Part shown: piece after piece, positions 12,603 to 24,793 of the stretch
Layout of the letters: each line of letters opens with the position of its first letter
How positions within the stretch are numbered: position 1 is the stretch's first letter
DNA from: Okamejei kenojei
Taxonomy: Eukaryota
NCBI GenBank assembly: GCA_035221665.1
Contig: CM069145.1
Coordinates: 19,034,001 to 19,098,000, forward strand
Reading direction: 5' to 3'
Length of the DNA: 64,000 bases
Made by a program: the position numbers and the translations under genes
Notes under the pieces: generated by a model
Told to the model about the DNA's origin: nothing
Database searches by the model: none
The model's input: the letters and a program-made list of their open reading frames with translations, nothing else

Positions 12603-14121
12603 AGCTGTGCACTTTGGAGGGCTCCAGCCCCTGTGGAAGGAGCAGAAAGAATGGTGCAGGAAAATAAACCACAGCATAATGCGACCAGCCAAATGATTCT
12701 GATTGGATATCTATTATATTTCATGTCCTAACGATAGTAAGAACCGTAATTGTGAAAGGCATGTTTTGCGAGTACCCACAGAAAAATCTAAATTTAAAAT
12801 ATGAAATGGCCAGCAGTGAGGGCCCAGTTTAGCTACATCTACAGCCATTTTATATTTCTCTGGCTGAATAAATGAAGGAAGCAAAAGATGTTTCGACAGA
12901 TTTTTCTTTGGATGTGCTTTTGAAGACTGGAAAATAGTTGGCAGTTAAATAAACTCTCCTGCACAAGAATAAAGATCTTTTTGCAATAAATAACTTCTAA
13001 AAGGTTTGAGTGAGCAAACACTGTCTCAGCCCACACACAATATCTGTTACCATTAATATATTTTTGCACAGCATCACTTTTCCAACAAAAGATGAATCAT
13101 GGCAGAGAATCACCTGCCCCATGTCTCCTTCCCCAAGTCTAGACAGAGGCTATATTGTGACTGGCCTCGTGGAGTTGAGAGAGAAAGCTAAGGTTACTGA
13201 GGTTATGAAAGAGTCTTGTGCCATTTGTGGGAGGTTGTCTCCGTGTGCAGATTTTTATACCAAATGAAAACAGCATCAATGTCCAAAATTCACAATATAA
13301 AATAAAACACGAGGTGTCAATATCAGGTGTTCAGTAATATAAACTGTAACTTGATATTCTAGAGTACAGTGCTCCCACAAGCATGGAAATATGAGCTTAA
13401 AGGCTCCGTGCATTTCCAGCATTACCCTTTGCTTCTGTCATGTTACTGTTGCCTGCATTCTCATTACTACAATAATGATAAAAAAGATCCAACTGGGTTT
13501 GCATAGCACACAGGAGATGTGGGCCCCATTCTTCCATAATAATTACTAAATCATGATAAGGGGCTGTTTAGAAGGCCCTGCCAAAAGCCATTGTATTTAA
13601 ATTCATATGCACATACCTGACGGCACAGCACAAATGAATTTGTGGCTCTTGAGTTGTTTATTTATGATTCTTTAAAGGGATATAAAGCAGTTTATCAACA
13701 ATTAAATTAAAGCTAACAGTTGTGTGCAGGAAGTGCTTAATTTAATCCATTTGGCAGAAATATCAACTTGGGATTTGTTTTTTTCTACAAAGGAATACGT
13801 TTTACACCAAAAAAATATCGTTGGTTTGTTTTGCAGATGTAACGTGACATTTTAAAATTTAGTTTTGACTCCTAATTTATTCGTATAGATTTTGTGAAGG
13901 AATAATTAACATTGGGCCAAGTCAAGTTGACTGATGGCTGGTGACAGCATTGTCTGATTTCCATGTGCAGATAGCCCAATGCAGAAGAAGGAAAGGTTCA
14001 GTAGATCAAACCTTCAGGCACTTACCACTTGTTCTGCCACTTGACTCCCCATTGAGCCGAGCAGTGGAGCACTGCCGTGTTTACCAGCGGCATTGACTGC
14101 ATTTTGTATTGCCCCTCTGTC

Positions 14122-14757
14122 TGAGGGCATGTGAGTACAAGAGCAGGGAGGTACTACTGCAGTTGTACAGGGTCTTGGTGAGGCCATACCTGGAGTATTG
14201 CATACAGTTTTGGTCTCCTAATCTGAGGAAAGACATTCTTGCCATAGAGGGAGTACAGAGAAGGTTCACCAGACTGATTCCTGGGATGGCAGGACTTCCA
14301 TATGAAGAAAGACTGGATAGACTTGGCTTGTACTCGCTGGAATTTAGAAGATTGAGGGGTGATCTCATAGAGACTTATGAAATTCTTAAGGGGTTGGACA
14401 GGCTTGAGATACAGGAAGATTGTTTCCCGATGTTGGGGAAGTCCAGAACAAGGGGTACTGTTTAAGGATAAGGGGAAGTCTTTTTAGGACCGAGATGAGA
14501 ATCGTTTTTCACACAGAGGAGTGGTGAATCTGTGGAATTCTCTGCCACAGAAGGTAGTTGAGGCCAGTTTGTTGGCCATATTTAAGAGGGAGTTGGATGT
14601 GGCCCTTGTGGCTGAAGGGATCAGGGGGTATGGAGAGAAGGCAGGTACAGGATACTGAGTTGGATGATCGGCCATGATCATATTGAATGGCGGTGCAGGC
14701 TCGAAGGGCCGAATGGCCTGCTCCTGCACCTAATTTCTATGTTTCTATGTTTCTATG
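14122..14757 (+). mobile_element. Young CR1/HER1 LINE 3' fragment
   Basis: EYKSREVLLQLYRVLVRPYLEYCIQFWSPNLRKDILAIEGVQRRFTRLIPGM; ends in (TTTCTATG)n. Confidence 0.95.
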
Positions 14758-14769
14758 AACAGCTCTACT

Positions 14770-15005
14770 TACTTGCGGGCCATTACCAGTCCAGTAGGGG
14801 ATGGGGGTGGGGGTAGGGTGGGGGAAAATGCACAATCAAGTGGAGATTTGTTTGCCAGCTCAAAATGGGTGTAAATGGCATGAAGTTCATCCAGTGGAGA
14901 TGTGCTGTTGCCAGAGATTGCCCCTGGCTTTGGCTTGTAGTTCGCGATGCTAATCAGGTCCTGCCACGGTCGACTGGCATCCATGGTTAAATGAAGCCTC
15001 CAGCC
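14770..15005 (-). mobile_element. Rex1/Babar LINE internal fragment
   Basis: DASRPWQDLISIANYKPK...SPLDELHAIYTHFE resembles the LWQGL..IT.YK...LPDELNAFYARFE motif. Confidence 0.65.
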
Positions 15006-15034
15006 CGTTTTGTCTTAGTTTAGAGTGGAGACGG

Positions 15035-15285
15035 GGAAGCACTTTTTTCCCACAGAGAGTTGTGAGTCTGTGGAATTCTCTGCCTCAGAGGGCAGTGGAG
15101 GCAGGTTCTCTGGATACTTTCAAGAGAGAGCTAGATAGGGCTCTTAAAGATAGCGGAGTCAGGGGATATGGGGAGAAGGCAGGAACGGGGTACTGATTGG
15201 GGATGATCAGCCATGATCACATTGAATGGTGGTGCTGGCTCGAAGGGCCGAATGGCCTACTCAAGCACCTATTGTCTATTGTCTT
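15035..15285 (+). mobile_element. CR1 LINE 3' end
   Basis: Near-identical to the nested copy at 3224-3443; (CTATTGT)n tail. Confidence 0.9.
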
Positions 15286-16789
15286 TCTTGGCATCAGTGA
15301 TAGCCTTGTGGAAATCATACTTACCTTCTTGTACAGTCCGAGATCATCCTTTTTGAATGCCTTCCATCTGGACTTTATCAGAGAGTAACCTAACCAATGC
15401 CTTGTAATTGTAGCTTAACTTCAAAAACGTTATGTCCTGATCCTCTCGATATAAAGCTCAGCATTCCATTCATGTTTTTGAATAGTTTCGATATCATTCC
15501 ATAATATTTAGGAATCTATATTCATGGATCTCTGAGTCTCCTTGAATTTATACTATAAATTTTTACATTTAGCAAGTATCCCTTTCATATCTAAAGTGAA
15601 CAATACCATGTTTGCCCCCATTAAATTTTATTTGGCATAATTTTAATCTCTTGTTATAACTTCACAATTGAATGCTTCCATCTGGGCTGCTGGTATTGTG
15701 TTGAAAAACTTGGCAATATGGCTTTCTAATCTCATCATCTCAGTAGTTAAAAATGCAGGCAATAGTTGAGGCCCCAAGCCTAGACGTCTGAACATCATTC
15801 AATTTCAGGAAACAGTCTCCTGTGAGGAACTTTATCAGATGTCCATATAAAAGTCATCCTTAGACAGTCCCTGTCCACTTTAGCTATATCATCAAAACAT
15901 CAATCAGGATTATCAAGTATAAGCTATCCTTTCCAAAACTATTCACAACGTCTCTGATCAGCTGAAAACTTCTCAGCCTTAATTTATGCTCCATTGTGTC
16001 ACAGAGCGATTCTGTACTGATTCACATCCTTCAGGGCACAGACTCATGCATTTAACAGAAGAAAACTGACAATAATCAGGAGTAAACATTGTCTTGTGCG
16101 CAAGTGATGCAGAAATCATATCAGGCATGCAAGGGTTGATCACTTGAAGAAGTGCCCAGTGGAATTTTCCAAAGTGACACAAATTTACCCAGAAATAGTC
16201 TTTATTGCCTTCAGGACAAAAGATAAGCTATTAAAACAACATAATCTCCAACTCAAGGCAAACTAACCTCAGTCATAGAGCCAAAGTGTTTAGATGTTAC
16301 CGAGGAAGCGCACATTTGGAGGCAAACTCCAAGTCCTGATTATTACTAACATGTTCAATTTAAGAACCAACAGCATTTTCACAGTCAGGAGGTGCGGTTG
16401 TATTACAGCCATACAACACAGTTGCTCACTCAATCAGTCTTGCAACATAGTCCCTACTTACATTAAAGGTCTCCACAAAGTGTCCCTGGAAAACATGGAT
16501 TGTAAGTGCCATATTCCACGAGCCATCTCTCATCAAAGAAAGACATAGTAATGAGAGTTATTGAAGATCCAGCTTCCATTCCAGCACAAAGCCAGGGTTC
16601 TGTCAGCAGCTGCAATACTCTCTTTAGATGATTAGACTCCACAAAACACAGAGAGGATATTATTAAAGATGTCTCAGTAAAATCTGCATACATGTCGGGG
16701 GTTTTATTGTCAATTGCACAAAGTGGGTTAATTGGCGACAACATGGACAGCCCACAAGGAAAACCTGCTGTTGTTTGATCGGCGAGGGC

Positions 16790-17200
16790 AGCAAACTTCA
16801 ACAGGATATTTGATTCAGATAACATACAAAACATAAATTATACATAAATCATAGACCACCGTCAAAAGAAAAAGAATGTTCAAAAACAAGATATAAAACA
16901 CAATTAGAAAACAAAACAATTCCTTTATCGGTAGAGCACGAGGTGGCCCATAGTGTTCCTCTGCTAAGTTAGGATTAGGTGTGTTGGAGGGAACTGCAGA
17001 TGCTCATTTACACCAAATATAGACACAAAATGCTGGAGTAACTCAGTGGGACAGGCAGCATCTCTGGGGAGAAGGAGTGAGTGACGTTTTGGAATCCAAT
17101 GGTAACAGTGAGATGAGGGCTTGGTCCAGATGGTGGGGATCATTGATAAGATAAGTGCTACCATCTTGAGGCAGTGCTTCATGGAGATGCTTTCTGGAGG
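16790..17200 (-). mobile_element. Rex1/Babar 3' fragment interrupted by a Penelope pLTR (16978-17092)
   Basis: 3'UTR similar to 43340-43560; KHCLKM(A/V)ALI..PHH motif; pLTR GCTGGAGTAACTCAGTGGGACAGGCAGCATCTC...GACGTTTT inside. Confidence 0.6.
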
Positions 17201-17367
17201 GCTGTTCCCTTGAAGAACCGGGTTGAGTCCACCACTCTTTTACCCACTGGCCAGATAAGGGACAAACATCAGCATTCTTCTCTCCCCAAGACAAACATTC
17301 CTAGCAAACAAAGCTAGGGCCATCTTCCAACTAGCGGTGTGAATATTGATGTCTCTAACATCCAGTA

Positions 17368-17653
17368 ATGCCCCTGCCCCACTTACGGAACCGAACGGAA
17401 ACCCCTGGAAGACTTTGCGCCCCACCGCAAGGTTCCGTTTCGTTCCCAGAGGGTTTTTGACAGTCTCCCATAGGTCGAAAGTGGTTTCCATTTTAAAAAT
17501 CGGTAATTTTTTAGACGAAGTCGTTGCGATACTAGTTAAGGTGGTTGCCTAAGGACAAAATATTCCTCCGGGAAACCGCACAGAAACCTTGGGTGGGGCC
17601 GCAAAGTCCTCCAGAGGTTTCCGTGTCATGTTTCCTAAGAGGGAGCGGGGCAT
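17368..17653. mobile_element. PIF/Harbinger-like MITE
   Basis: Terminal inverted repeats (TA)ATGCCCCTGCCCCACTTACGGAA / TTCCTAAGAGGGAGCGGGGCAT(TTA), TWA flanks, internal inverted segments. Confidence 0.7.
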
Positions 17654-17659
17654 TTACCC

Positions 17660-18200
17660 TTGCATCCCCTCTCTCTCCGTCCCTATACCCTCCAATTCGT
17701 TGTTTACAAGTTTCACTGTCATCCTTCTGAGTTTCACTTTATCACTTGTGTTTATCACTTCCCAACCAGCCAACAATGAACCAAATGTGGGCCCATCTTT
17801 CCTTGATCATCTTGGCCTGCTTGATTTGACCAATATTTGCCCCCAACCAATGTCTTTCATTTGTTCTATGTACCTTATCATATGTCTTGTTTCCCTCTCC
17901 CCTGACTCTAAGAAGGGTCTCGACCCAAAACGCATCTATTCCTTTTCTCCAGAGATGCTGTCTGAGTTACTCCAGCTGATTGTGTCTATCTTTAATTGCA
18001 CTTATTTGGCTGTAAAGGATAAGACATAATTTGCATATACCTTGTACCTTGCCTCAGTCCGAAGAAGGGTCTAGACCCGAAATGTCTCCCATTCCTTCTA
18101 TCCAGATGATGCTGCCTTTTGCACTGATTTTCTCTCTCCAGCATATTGGGTCCTCTCTTTCATTATAAACTCATCATCTGCATTCCCTTCCAACACAAAC
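17660..18200 (+). mobile_element. Two Penelope 3' / pLTR fragments with hammerhead motifs (~17905 and ~18056)
   Basis: CTAAGAAGGGTCTCGACCCAAAACG and CAGTCCGAAGAAGGGTCTAGACCCGAAATGTC, each followed by the conserved TCCAGA..ATGCTG tail. Confidence 0.75.
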
Positions 18201-18432
18201 AGACTCCCCTCTTATTATGGACCTCTTTATAATGATTTCAATTTAGTGGATGTGAAACTGTTTTAACTGATACAACCATTTATATCGGGAACAAAGGAAT
18301 CATGTTTAGTGTTTCAATGGAGAAACTGTTTGGAAATGACATTGTCTCAGACTGTGTTTACCGTCCTGTTTATTGTGTGTCTTGTTTATAGAAAGTATTA
18401 TTTCTGATTTTTTTGTGTAATTCTGTACTTAC

Positions 18433-18647
18433 CTGTATTTCCCTCCCGGCAATGAAAGACTCCCCCCCCCCCATTATAGATTAGCTAAATTTTGAAAACA
18501 TGCTGACGGGACAAGGAATTTCTCACGCTCAAATAAATAAATTAAACAAATAAAAAATAAAGAAAAGTAACAAATTCAATATGCCCAAGGCATTCCATAT
18601 CTCCCTCCTCCATTCTAGAATGACAGAAGGGTGGGGGCGGAGGGTGA
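18433..18647 (-). other. Candidate exon 2 (probably non-coding/5'UTR) of an unidentified minus-strand transcript
   Basis: Strong acceptor (TTTTTCTTTTTCCCACATCTTCTCCACCTGCAG|) at 18648 and consensus donor (CAG|GTAAGT) at 18432; only short ORFs. Confidence 0.5.
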
Positions 18648-18874
18648 CTGCAGGTGGAGAAGATGTGGGAAAAAGAAAAACGGAGCACACCCGGGACAAG
18701 TTGAATATTATTGTGATCTTAATGAATGACTATACCAGTTGAAGAGACCAATTGAACTCGCGCTGACACAGCAGTAAGCTCCACCGCCTCGCCTTCTGTC
18801 CTGTTATATCCCATCACCCGCTAACCCCGCTTCCGCTCTATGATCTGTTGCACTCTAGACTGGTACCCACTCAC

Positions 18875-19540
18875 TGTCCGGTCCTCCCGAGCCAGGTCAA
18901 AAATAGGGATAACGAGAATTTCAAAACTAAATACCAACTGCTTTTCTGCGTGTCTGTTGACAAGCAGCAGTTCACCTCTGTTAATTCTCACTTGACCTAC
19001 AACCTCACACAAAGCTGTCCCCATCAAATTTACATTGAAAGACAATGACGGACCGGGCAGTGAATTGCATGCAGTTCACCCAGCGTGCCAAGTGATGCCA
19101 TGTCCCCGTGCTCCCGGCGCAGTCGGAATTTTAGGATATTGGGAAGCGGCTGACATGAGCGAGGCCGGAGGTGAGCGGCAGGAGACAGGAGTTCAGCGAG
19201 AAACACTGCCAAGAGCGTGAGATGGGGTCTGGCAGAAGGCGCTGGAGATGTCGCCAGTATCCGCTATCCACTCGCAGCCCGTCCAGAGCTACCTTCCCCT
19301 CCCCGGCCACAATGCGGTGGCCCCTTGTCCGGGAGTGCCGCGGCAGCAGGGCGTGTGTGATATGAGTTGCAGGTGGCATGAGATCCCCGACCCCTCTCTC
19401 ACCTCCTCGACCTCCACCGCACTATAGCCCCTGCGCCCAGCCAATTTGTGCAGTGCTGACCCCGCCAGACTCCCCACACGCTCTGAAAGTACTCTCCACA
19501 CACACCCCCCCCCAAACCACCCCAGCGGCGGCAGTACTTT
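18875..19540 (-). other. Candidate CpG-rich first exon / long 5' leader with several short uORFs
   Basis: Non-repeat, CpG-rich stretch starting ~30 nt downstream of a TATA box; donor ACA|GTGAGT at 18874 (alternative GAG|GTGAGA at ~19402). No recognisable protein. Confidence 0.5.
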
Positions 19541-19650
19541 GACAGCCGCTTCCCCTAAGTTCCCACTTTTATAGCCTCGTTCCCATCAGCTGCCAGCAAT
19601 GGGAGAGACATGGCTATACCCCAAATTACAGCAACATTGTTCTGATTGAT
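19535..19650 (-). promoter_or_regulatory. Pol II core promoter (TATA box)
   Basis: Minus strand reads GAGGCTATAAAAGTGGG (TATAAAA at 19567-19573), E-box CAGCTG at 19587-19592, Inr-like TCAAAGT at ~19540, at the edge of a CpG-rich island. Confidence 0.6.
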
Positions 19651-21476
19651 GTTTACTGCACTGAGAATAGCCAAGTCCTATCTTTCTTGGCTAACAACCT
19701 AACCTTTTGGCCTCCAAGACACGCAGTCAATTTCGTGCCTTAATGTCTGGGAGGTAAAATATAGCGTCTTCAAACAGCCAGGAAGTATGTATATACCATC
19801 CTTTACTGCAGTTATAGGGGACAATCCATTAACTGTACAGCAACACCTCACCTCCCCCCCACCCCCCCCCTCCCCCCCCCCAACCTACCCCCCCTACAGA
19901 GCCACCAACATACCCTCTCCATTGTATGTTAACAATCAGGGTTATAACATGTACCAACCCCAAGACAAGGAAGCAGGCACTCTAAATCCCTATCTAAACA
20001 AGAGATTACTGGTGGTTGTACTGGGAAAATGATTCAAGGATGTCATGCGGTTTCCTCAGAAAAATGTAATATCCTGACTGACACGTGGGAATCTCTGTCC
20101 CAAATCTGCTCAAAATGAAGAAGGATCATCCAGCATGAAGGAACATCCAACGGAAGGAGAATGTTGAGTCCCTTCATTGAAGGAAGACCCCAACCCTAAT
20201 AGTAGATTACTTGTGCCACCTGCCCACCTTGTTATGCATCACCTGGCCCATCCGTGAGAAGCTGTGCAACACATATTGTCTTCATCAGAAACCTTAGAAT
20301 CTACAAAACTACAGTGGACACAAGTCACAGTCAGTCCTCAAGAACTGTCTCAGAAGAAACACATTTGAATTGTTGGATAAGTAGTGCAGGTTGAGGATTG
20401 AGGGAAGATAATATTCAGCACATCTGAAGTCAAAATAAATTGGTGGCTTTTCTTTAAGTCATGAATACTGAGGAATGCTGTCAGATTTTCCAATAGCATC
20501 TGCAGGCAGTTGGCTGTATTTTTCCACTTCTGGACCCCACAGAGTGTACTTACAGTCTGGTCTGTGAGTCAGCTTCCCTGCCTCAGCATAAAATGTTAGC
20601 CTTGGGTCAGACTTCCTGCTGTAAGCTTCCCTCAGTAACTTTGTCTTAATCTGCTTGATGTCAGTAGTCTACATGTCAAGAATCATTGCTGAGTACTTAG
20701 CGGAAATGTGCTATTTTCTGTGCTCCTTTGGGACCAGCACTCCTCATCACAGGCAATCTGGCATCGTGGTCTATGTGTGCTGGCTGACTTGTGTCAGGCT
20801 ACCAGCCTGGTTTCTCTGAAAGCTTTCAGTGTCAGGCAGGCTCCAAGTTACTAATACCTTTCTCGTCCAAACTATCGTCCAACCTTCTCATTAGTCATAA
20901 CAAAATGAACTTAGTTTAAATCCAGTGCTTCAACTCCAACTGAAAGCAGTAGTGAGTGGTTGGTAAATTAAATTGAAGTATTTTTTTAAATTTTAGTTTG
21001 CTGTTGGAAATCAGAATTTTTCCCTGGTTCATTTTCACTGACTTCCATCATGTTTAGCAGAATAGTCAGCAGAGTAACAGGGGATGCAAACAATATGTGT
21101 GTGGGGTACTGGTACACAATCTCCTCTACGCTAATAAATTGAGCATTATGGATGAAATTATTAGACCTATATGTTAAATTAAGTGATTAAAAAATAAAAA
21201 GAATCAAAAATCTATTCCGCAATTTCCTGTCCAGGATTGGAGGAATGTTGTCCCATAGCATTACCATTGTCAGTGCCTCATCCTTGTGCACAATGGGGAA
21301 TAGGTTGGTGCAGCAGATATGTAGAACCTGCAACCCAAATACGTGGTGGACCCATCCATTGCTCAACTCATTTACAAATGAAAGAGAACGACCTTACAAT
21401 CCAATTCACCCATGGACAGTGCTCTTCAAGATTGCTATGAGAGAAACAGCCTCAGTTCAGAAAAGAAGTTAGTCTT

Positions 21477-21780
21477 AAGTGTACCTGGGTTAAGAATATC
21501 TGACTTATGGACACTTTTGTATACAGATGAATTTCCATTATAATATTAGATTCAAACATCTGATGCATGCACATGCATTCTGTCCTATGGAGGCAGAACT
21601 AGTTTCCCCTCTCTCCTCACTTTTTGTAATTCTTTGTTCCTAATGGTCTTCTATGATTTTTATGCCATTCATTACAATACCATGGAGGCATGGTTACCAC
21701 AGCAGTGTTTTTTTGTGTATTTTCTGACTTACAAACACCTTTAAAAACAGAAGTCATTCATTACCTGAGGATCGTCTGTG
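21477..21780. mobile_element. Degenerate Tigger/MER2-like (Tc1/mariner) MITE
   Basis: Ends resemble Tigger-type termini (..CCTGGGTTAAGAATATCTGACTTATGGAC.. / ..CTGACTTACAAAC..TTCATTACCTGAGGATCGTCTGT); decayed. Confidence 0.45.
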
Positions 21781-22084
21781 CATTACTGTTTTGCTGCCAT
21801 TTGTGTATTTATATGTTTCCACTTCATTGCTATTGCTGAATAAAGGAAGGTGAAGAATATTCTGAGGCAGTAATTGAAAGCTTTGTCAATAAATAAAGCA
21901 TAGCTATCTGTAATATTTTGCCCAAAAATGATATGATTGTTGACGGGCTTTGAATGTTCTGATTGACATAGGTCCCCCTTTGCAACTTCTGCAGCATATG
22001 TTTACAGCCCCATTACAATCCATCCTCATGCCGTCACTGCTTCAGGCTCCTCTCTTTGCAGTAGTCTAAAGGTTCACACTAATG

Positions 22085-23400
22085 CCCAACCTAAGGTTCC
22101 CCAGAGGTCATAACAAAATTGTACACGTTCCTACAACAGTCCTAAAACAATCTTGAGAACTGCTTCCAATGCAGTCAGCTGTCAGCTGTTACTAGCAGTT
22201 ACAGTTGCAATGAACCTTTATGTGAGAGATTTTAATCAAACAATCATAACTGACATTCGTCACATCTCCCAACAATTAGTGCGTAATTTTGCTGAGAAGC
22301 TGTTGAATTGGGCTTGCCCAGCTGGAAATCCCTGAATCTTGACCTGGTTTAATTCTCCACTCTACCTTAATCACCTTTAGTTTAGAGATACTGCGTGGAA
22401 ACAGGCCCTTCAACCGGCTGAGTCCGCACCAACCATTGATCACCTGTATACTAGTTCTATCCTACACACGAGGGGCGATCTATAAAAGCCAATTAACCTA
22501 TAAACCAGTACATCTTTGGAATGTGAGAGGAAACCAGAGCAACCCGGAGAAAACCACAGGGAGAACGTACAAACTCCATAATCAACTTAGTAGAAGCTCC
22601 CATAGTCACGATTAAACCCGGGTCTCTGGCACTGTAAGGCAGCAAAGACACCGCTGGAAACTTTGTCACTGAAAAACAAAATTGGACTGTTTCGAGCTGC
22701 ACGAGAGGGGTGAGAAAATGGAGAATTGGTGTTTAATCCCCTCAGTGTTGTTACTGGACCAGTTGGTTTACAATTACCCAGAGTGAGCCCCAGCCTAGTT
22801 CTAGGTCCAGCCACAACTGTAGCTCCAACTCCCTGTTGTTTGCCAAAGTCAGTGAATTAAAACCTTAAAAAGCAGACTCCAACATATCGTCTCTGCCATA
22901 TGGCAGGTTACCCAAAGCGCGAGGTATAATTAATACTGCTAATGTGGCCATATGCATCCCAACCCAAGACAGTTCTTTCAGGAACAGAAAGGGCTGCTGC
23001 TTGAAGAGTATATAGCTGTTCTCCAGCCACATTGTGCATATGAATGTCATTACCTTGGCAACTTCAATGATCCTTTCGTCCAAAAGCCATCAACTCTGCC
23101 AGCAATTTTTGAAGGGCTACGAAATCTGCAGGAGTGGCTGCTGGGAGTCCAGAAATGAACCTGGCCCCCAAACCCATGGATAATCCAGGGAGAGGAACTG
23201 GTGAGGTAAAATGTGGCACCAGCAAAGATGTGATTGATGTTCCCAAGGAGCGTTTCAGATGCCTGGAGAGAGCAGAGGTGCTCAACAGTTGGAGGATTTG
23301 CCAAGGTTATTACAGGTTGCTGAATAACTTTACACACAGTTATGGCAGGCAGAAAGAAGGTCTGCAGCAAGTGGGGGAAGAAGATCAGCATAACAATAAG
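22085..23400 (+). pseudogene. Fossil PIF/Harbinger (HARBI1-like, DDE_Tnp_4) transposase, interrupted by a SINE
   Basis: Collinear decayed motifs: LLLAVTVAMNLY..QTIITDIRHISQ (HTH), MAGYPKARGIINTANVAI (~GFP.V.G.IDCTHVAI), FRNRKG, LGNFNDPFV (~PGS.HDSF), EWLLGV (~WLLGD), KERFRCLE, VITGC*ITLH (~ACC.LHN). Confidence 0.75.
22376..22655 (-). mobile_element. HE1-type V-SINE
   Basis: Reverse complement matches the HE1 body (GCCTTACAGTGCCAGAGACCCGGGTT, GTAGGTTAATTGG-like). Confidence 0.85.
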
Positions 23401-24793
23401 AGCAGAGACATAAGCCAAAGTTACAGAGTTCAACTATTCACGCAAGTTGTACCTTCACGAAACTCGACCCTTCTCCATATGTGCTCAGAAGACTAGCCAT
23501 AAATAGCATTGTCTTCTTTGGGTTCATCAGGATTTCATGAATGTCACCCAGATTCACTTCAAGACCTGTGTGATATTAAAGAACAGTCAGAAAAGATCAC
23601 AGTAGGAATTAATCATGACTGATTCACTTGGCATTTCTAGACATTTTGGGCTGTCCTTGACACAAAAATGTGCTGATGTTTCTTAATGATAGAAAGCACC
23701 AGCGAATGAAGGGACTGGTGAGTCATATTGCATAAACTTAATACACTGAACAGCTGTACTAACAATGTTTTCCACGTTTATAGCAGTCCTGTGGCTCATT
23801 GGTGCTTGTTGAGCATTAAAGAATCATTACTGCAGATGTTTGGTTTTGTTACCACAAAAGAGATCAAATTCTTATGAACCACCTTTTGCAGCCATGATGC
23901 TTTAGTAGGTTTAAATTATCATGAAATTTGATAACTCGTCCATTTTTCAATAAAATAATAAAACAGTATGTTTTCGCAAATGCTACAAGGTTTGGCGATG
24001 GCATAGACATAAAAAGAGAAGTGAAAAAACACTGGTCTGCCTTTGGCAAATTATTCTCAGGATACGAAAGAAATTACAACAAATAAACTGATTTCTGACA
24101 GAGGATTGAAGGAGAGGAATAATGGAATGAAGGTGATTTGCAAAGAACCAAATCAGAAAAAAGTTATTTTTACACCATGACTGGTTGGAGTGTAGATCGA
24201 ACTGCCCCGGGCTGCGGTGGAGGCAGATTCAATTATTGCTTGGGAGCTGGATAGCATCTGAAATGAAAAAATAAATATGTGAGGGAGTCGGGCTGGTACA
24301 ACTTTTTTTTTCATTTTTATTGTATTTCCATCCAACATCAATGGAAGCCTAGTCTTTTATGTATAATATATGATTTTAAAAGTCTTGGGTTTTTTTAGGG
24401 ACGTTTGACATTGTAAGTGCATTGGCCACTCATGAAATACATTGATTTCAACAGAATAACAGAAAGCATGTATAAACCAGCAGCTGATGTTTCTGCACGT
24501 TTGGTGCTGGCAATCATAAAAGAGTATTTCCCATGTTATTTCCTGGATATTAAGTTTCCAGCATAAAGTAGGATTTGTCAAAGAGGGAATGCAGAGATCA
24601 AAAACCTATGTGGACACTGGTGCAATTATAGCTTCAGGTGGTTTTAAAAATGCAGCCTTTGTAGTGGCCACATGTTCTTGAACCGTACTTAGAATATTTT
24701 GTTCACCCTCTGGACATCTCTGTGAATTTTCTGGATTTATCAAGGTTAAATAACCTTGAAGTACCTTAAATTACTTCAAACATGTAATTCAAA

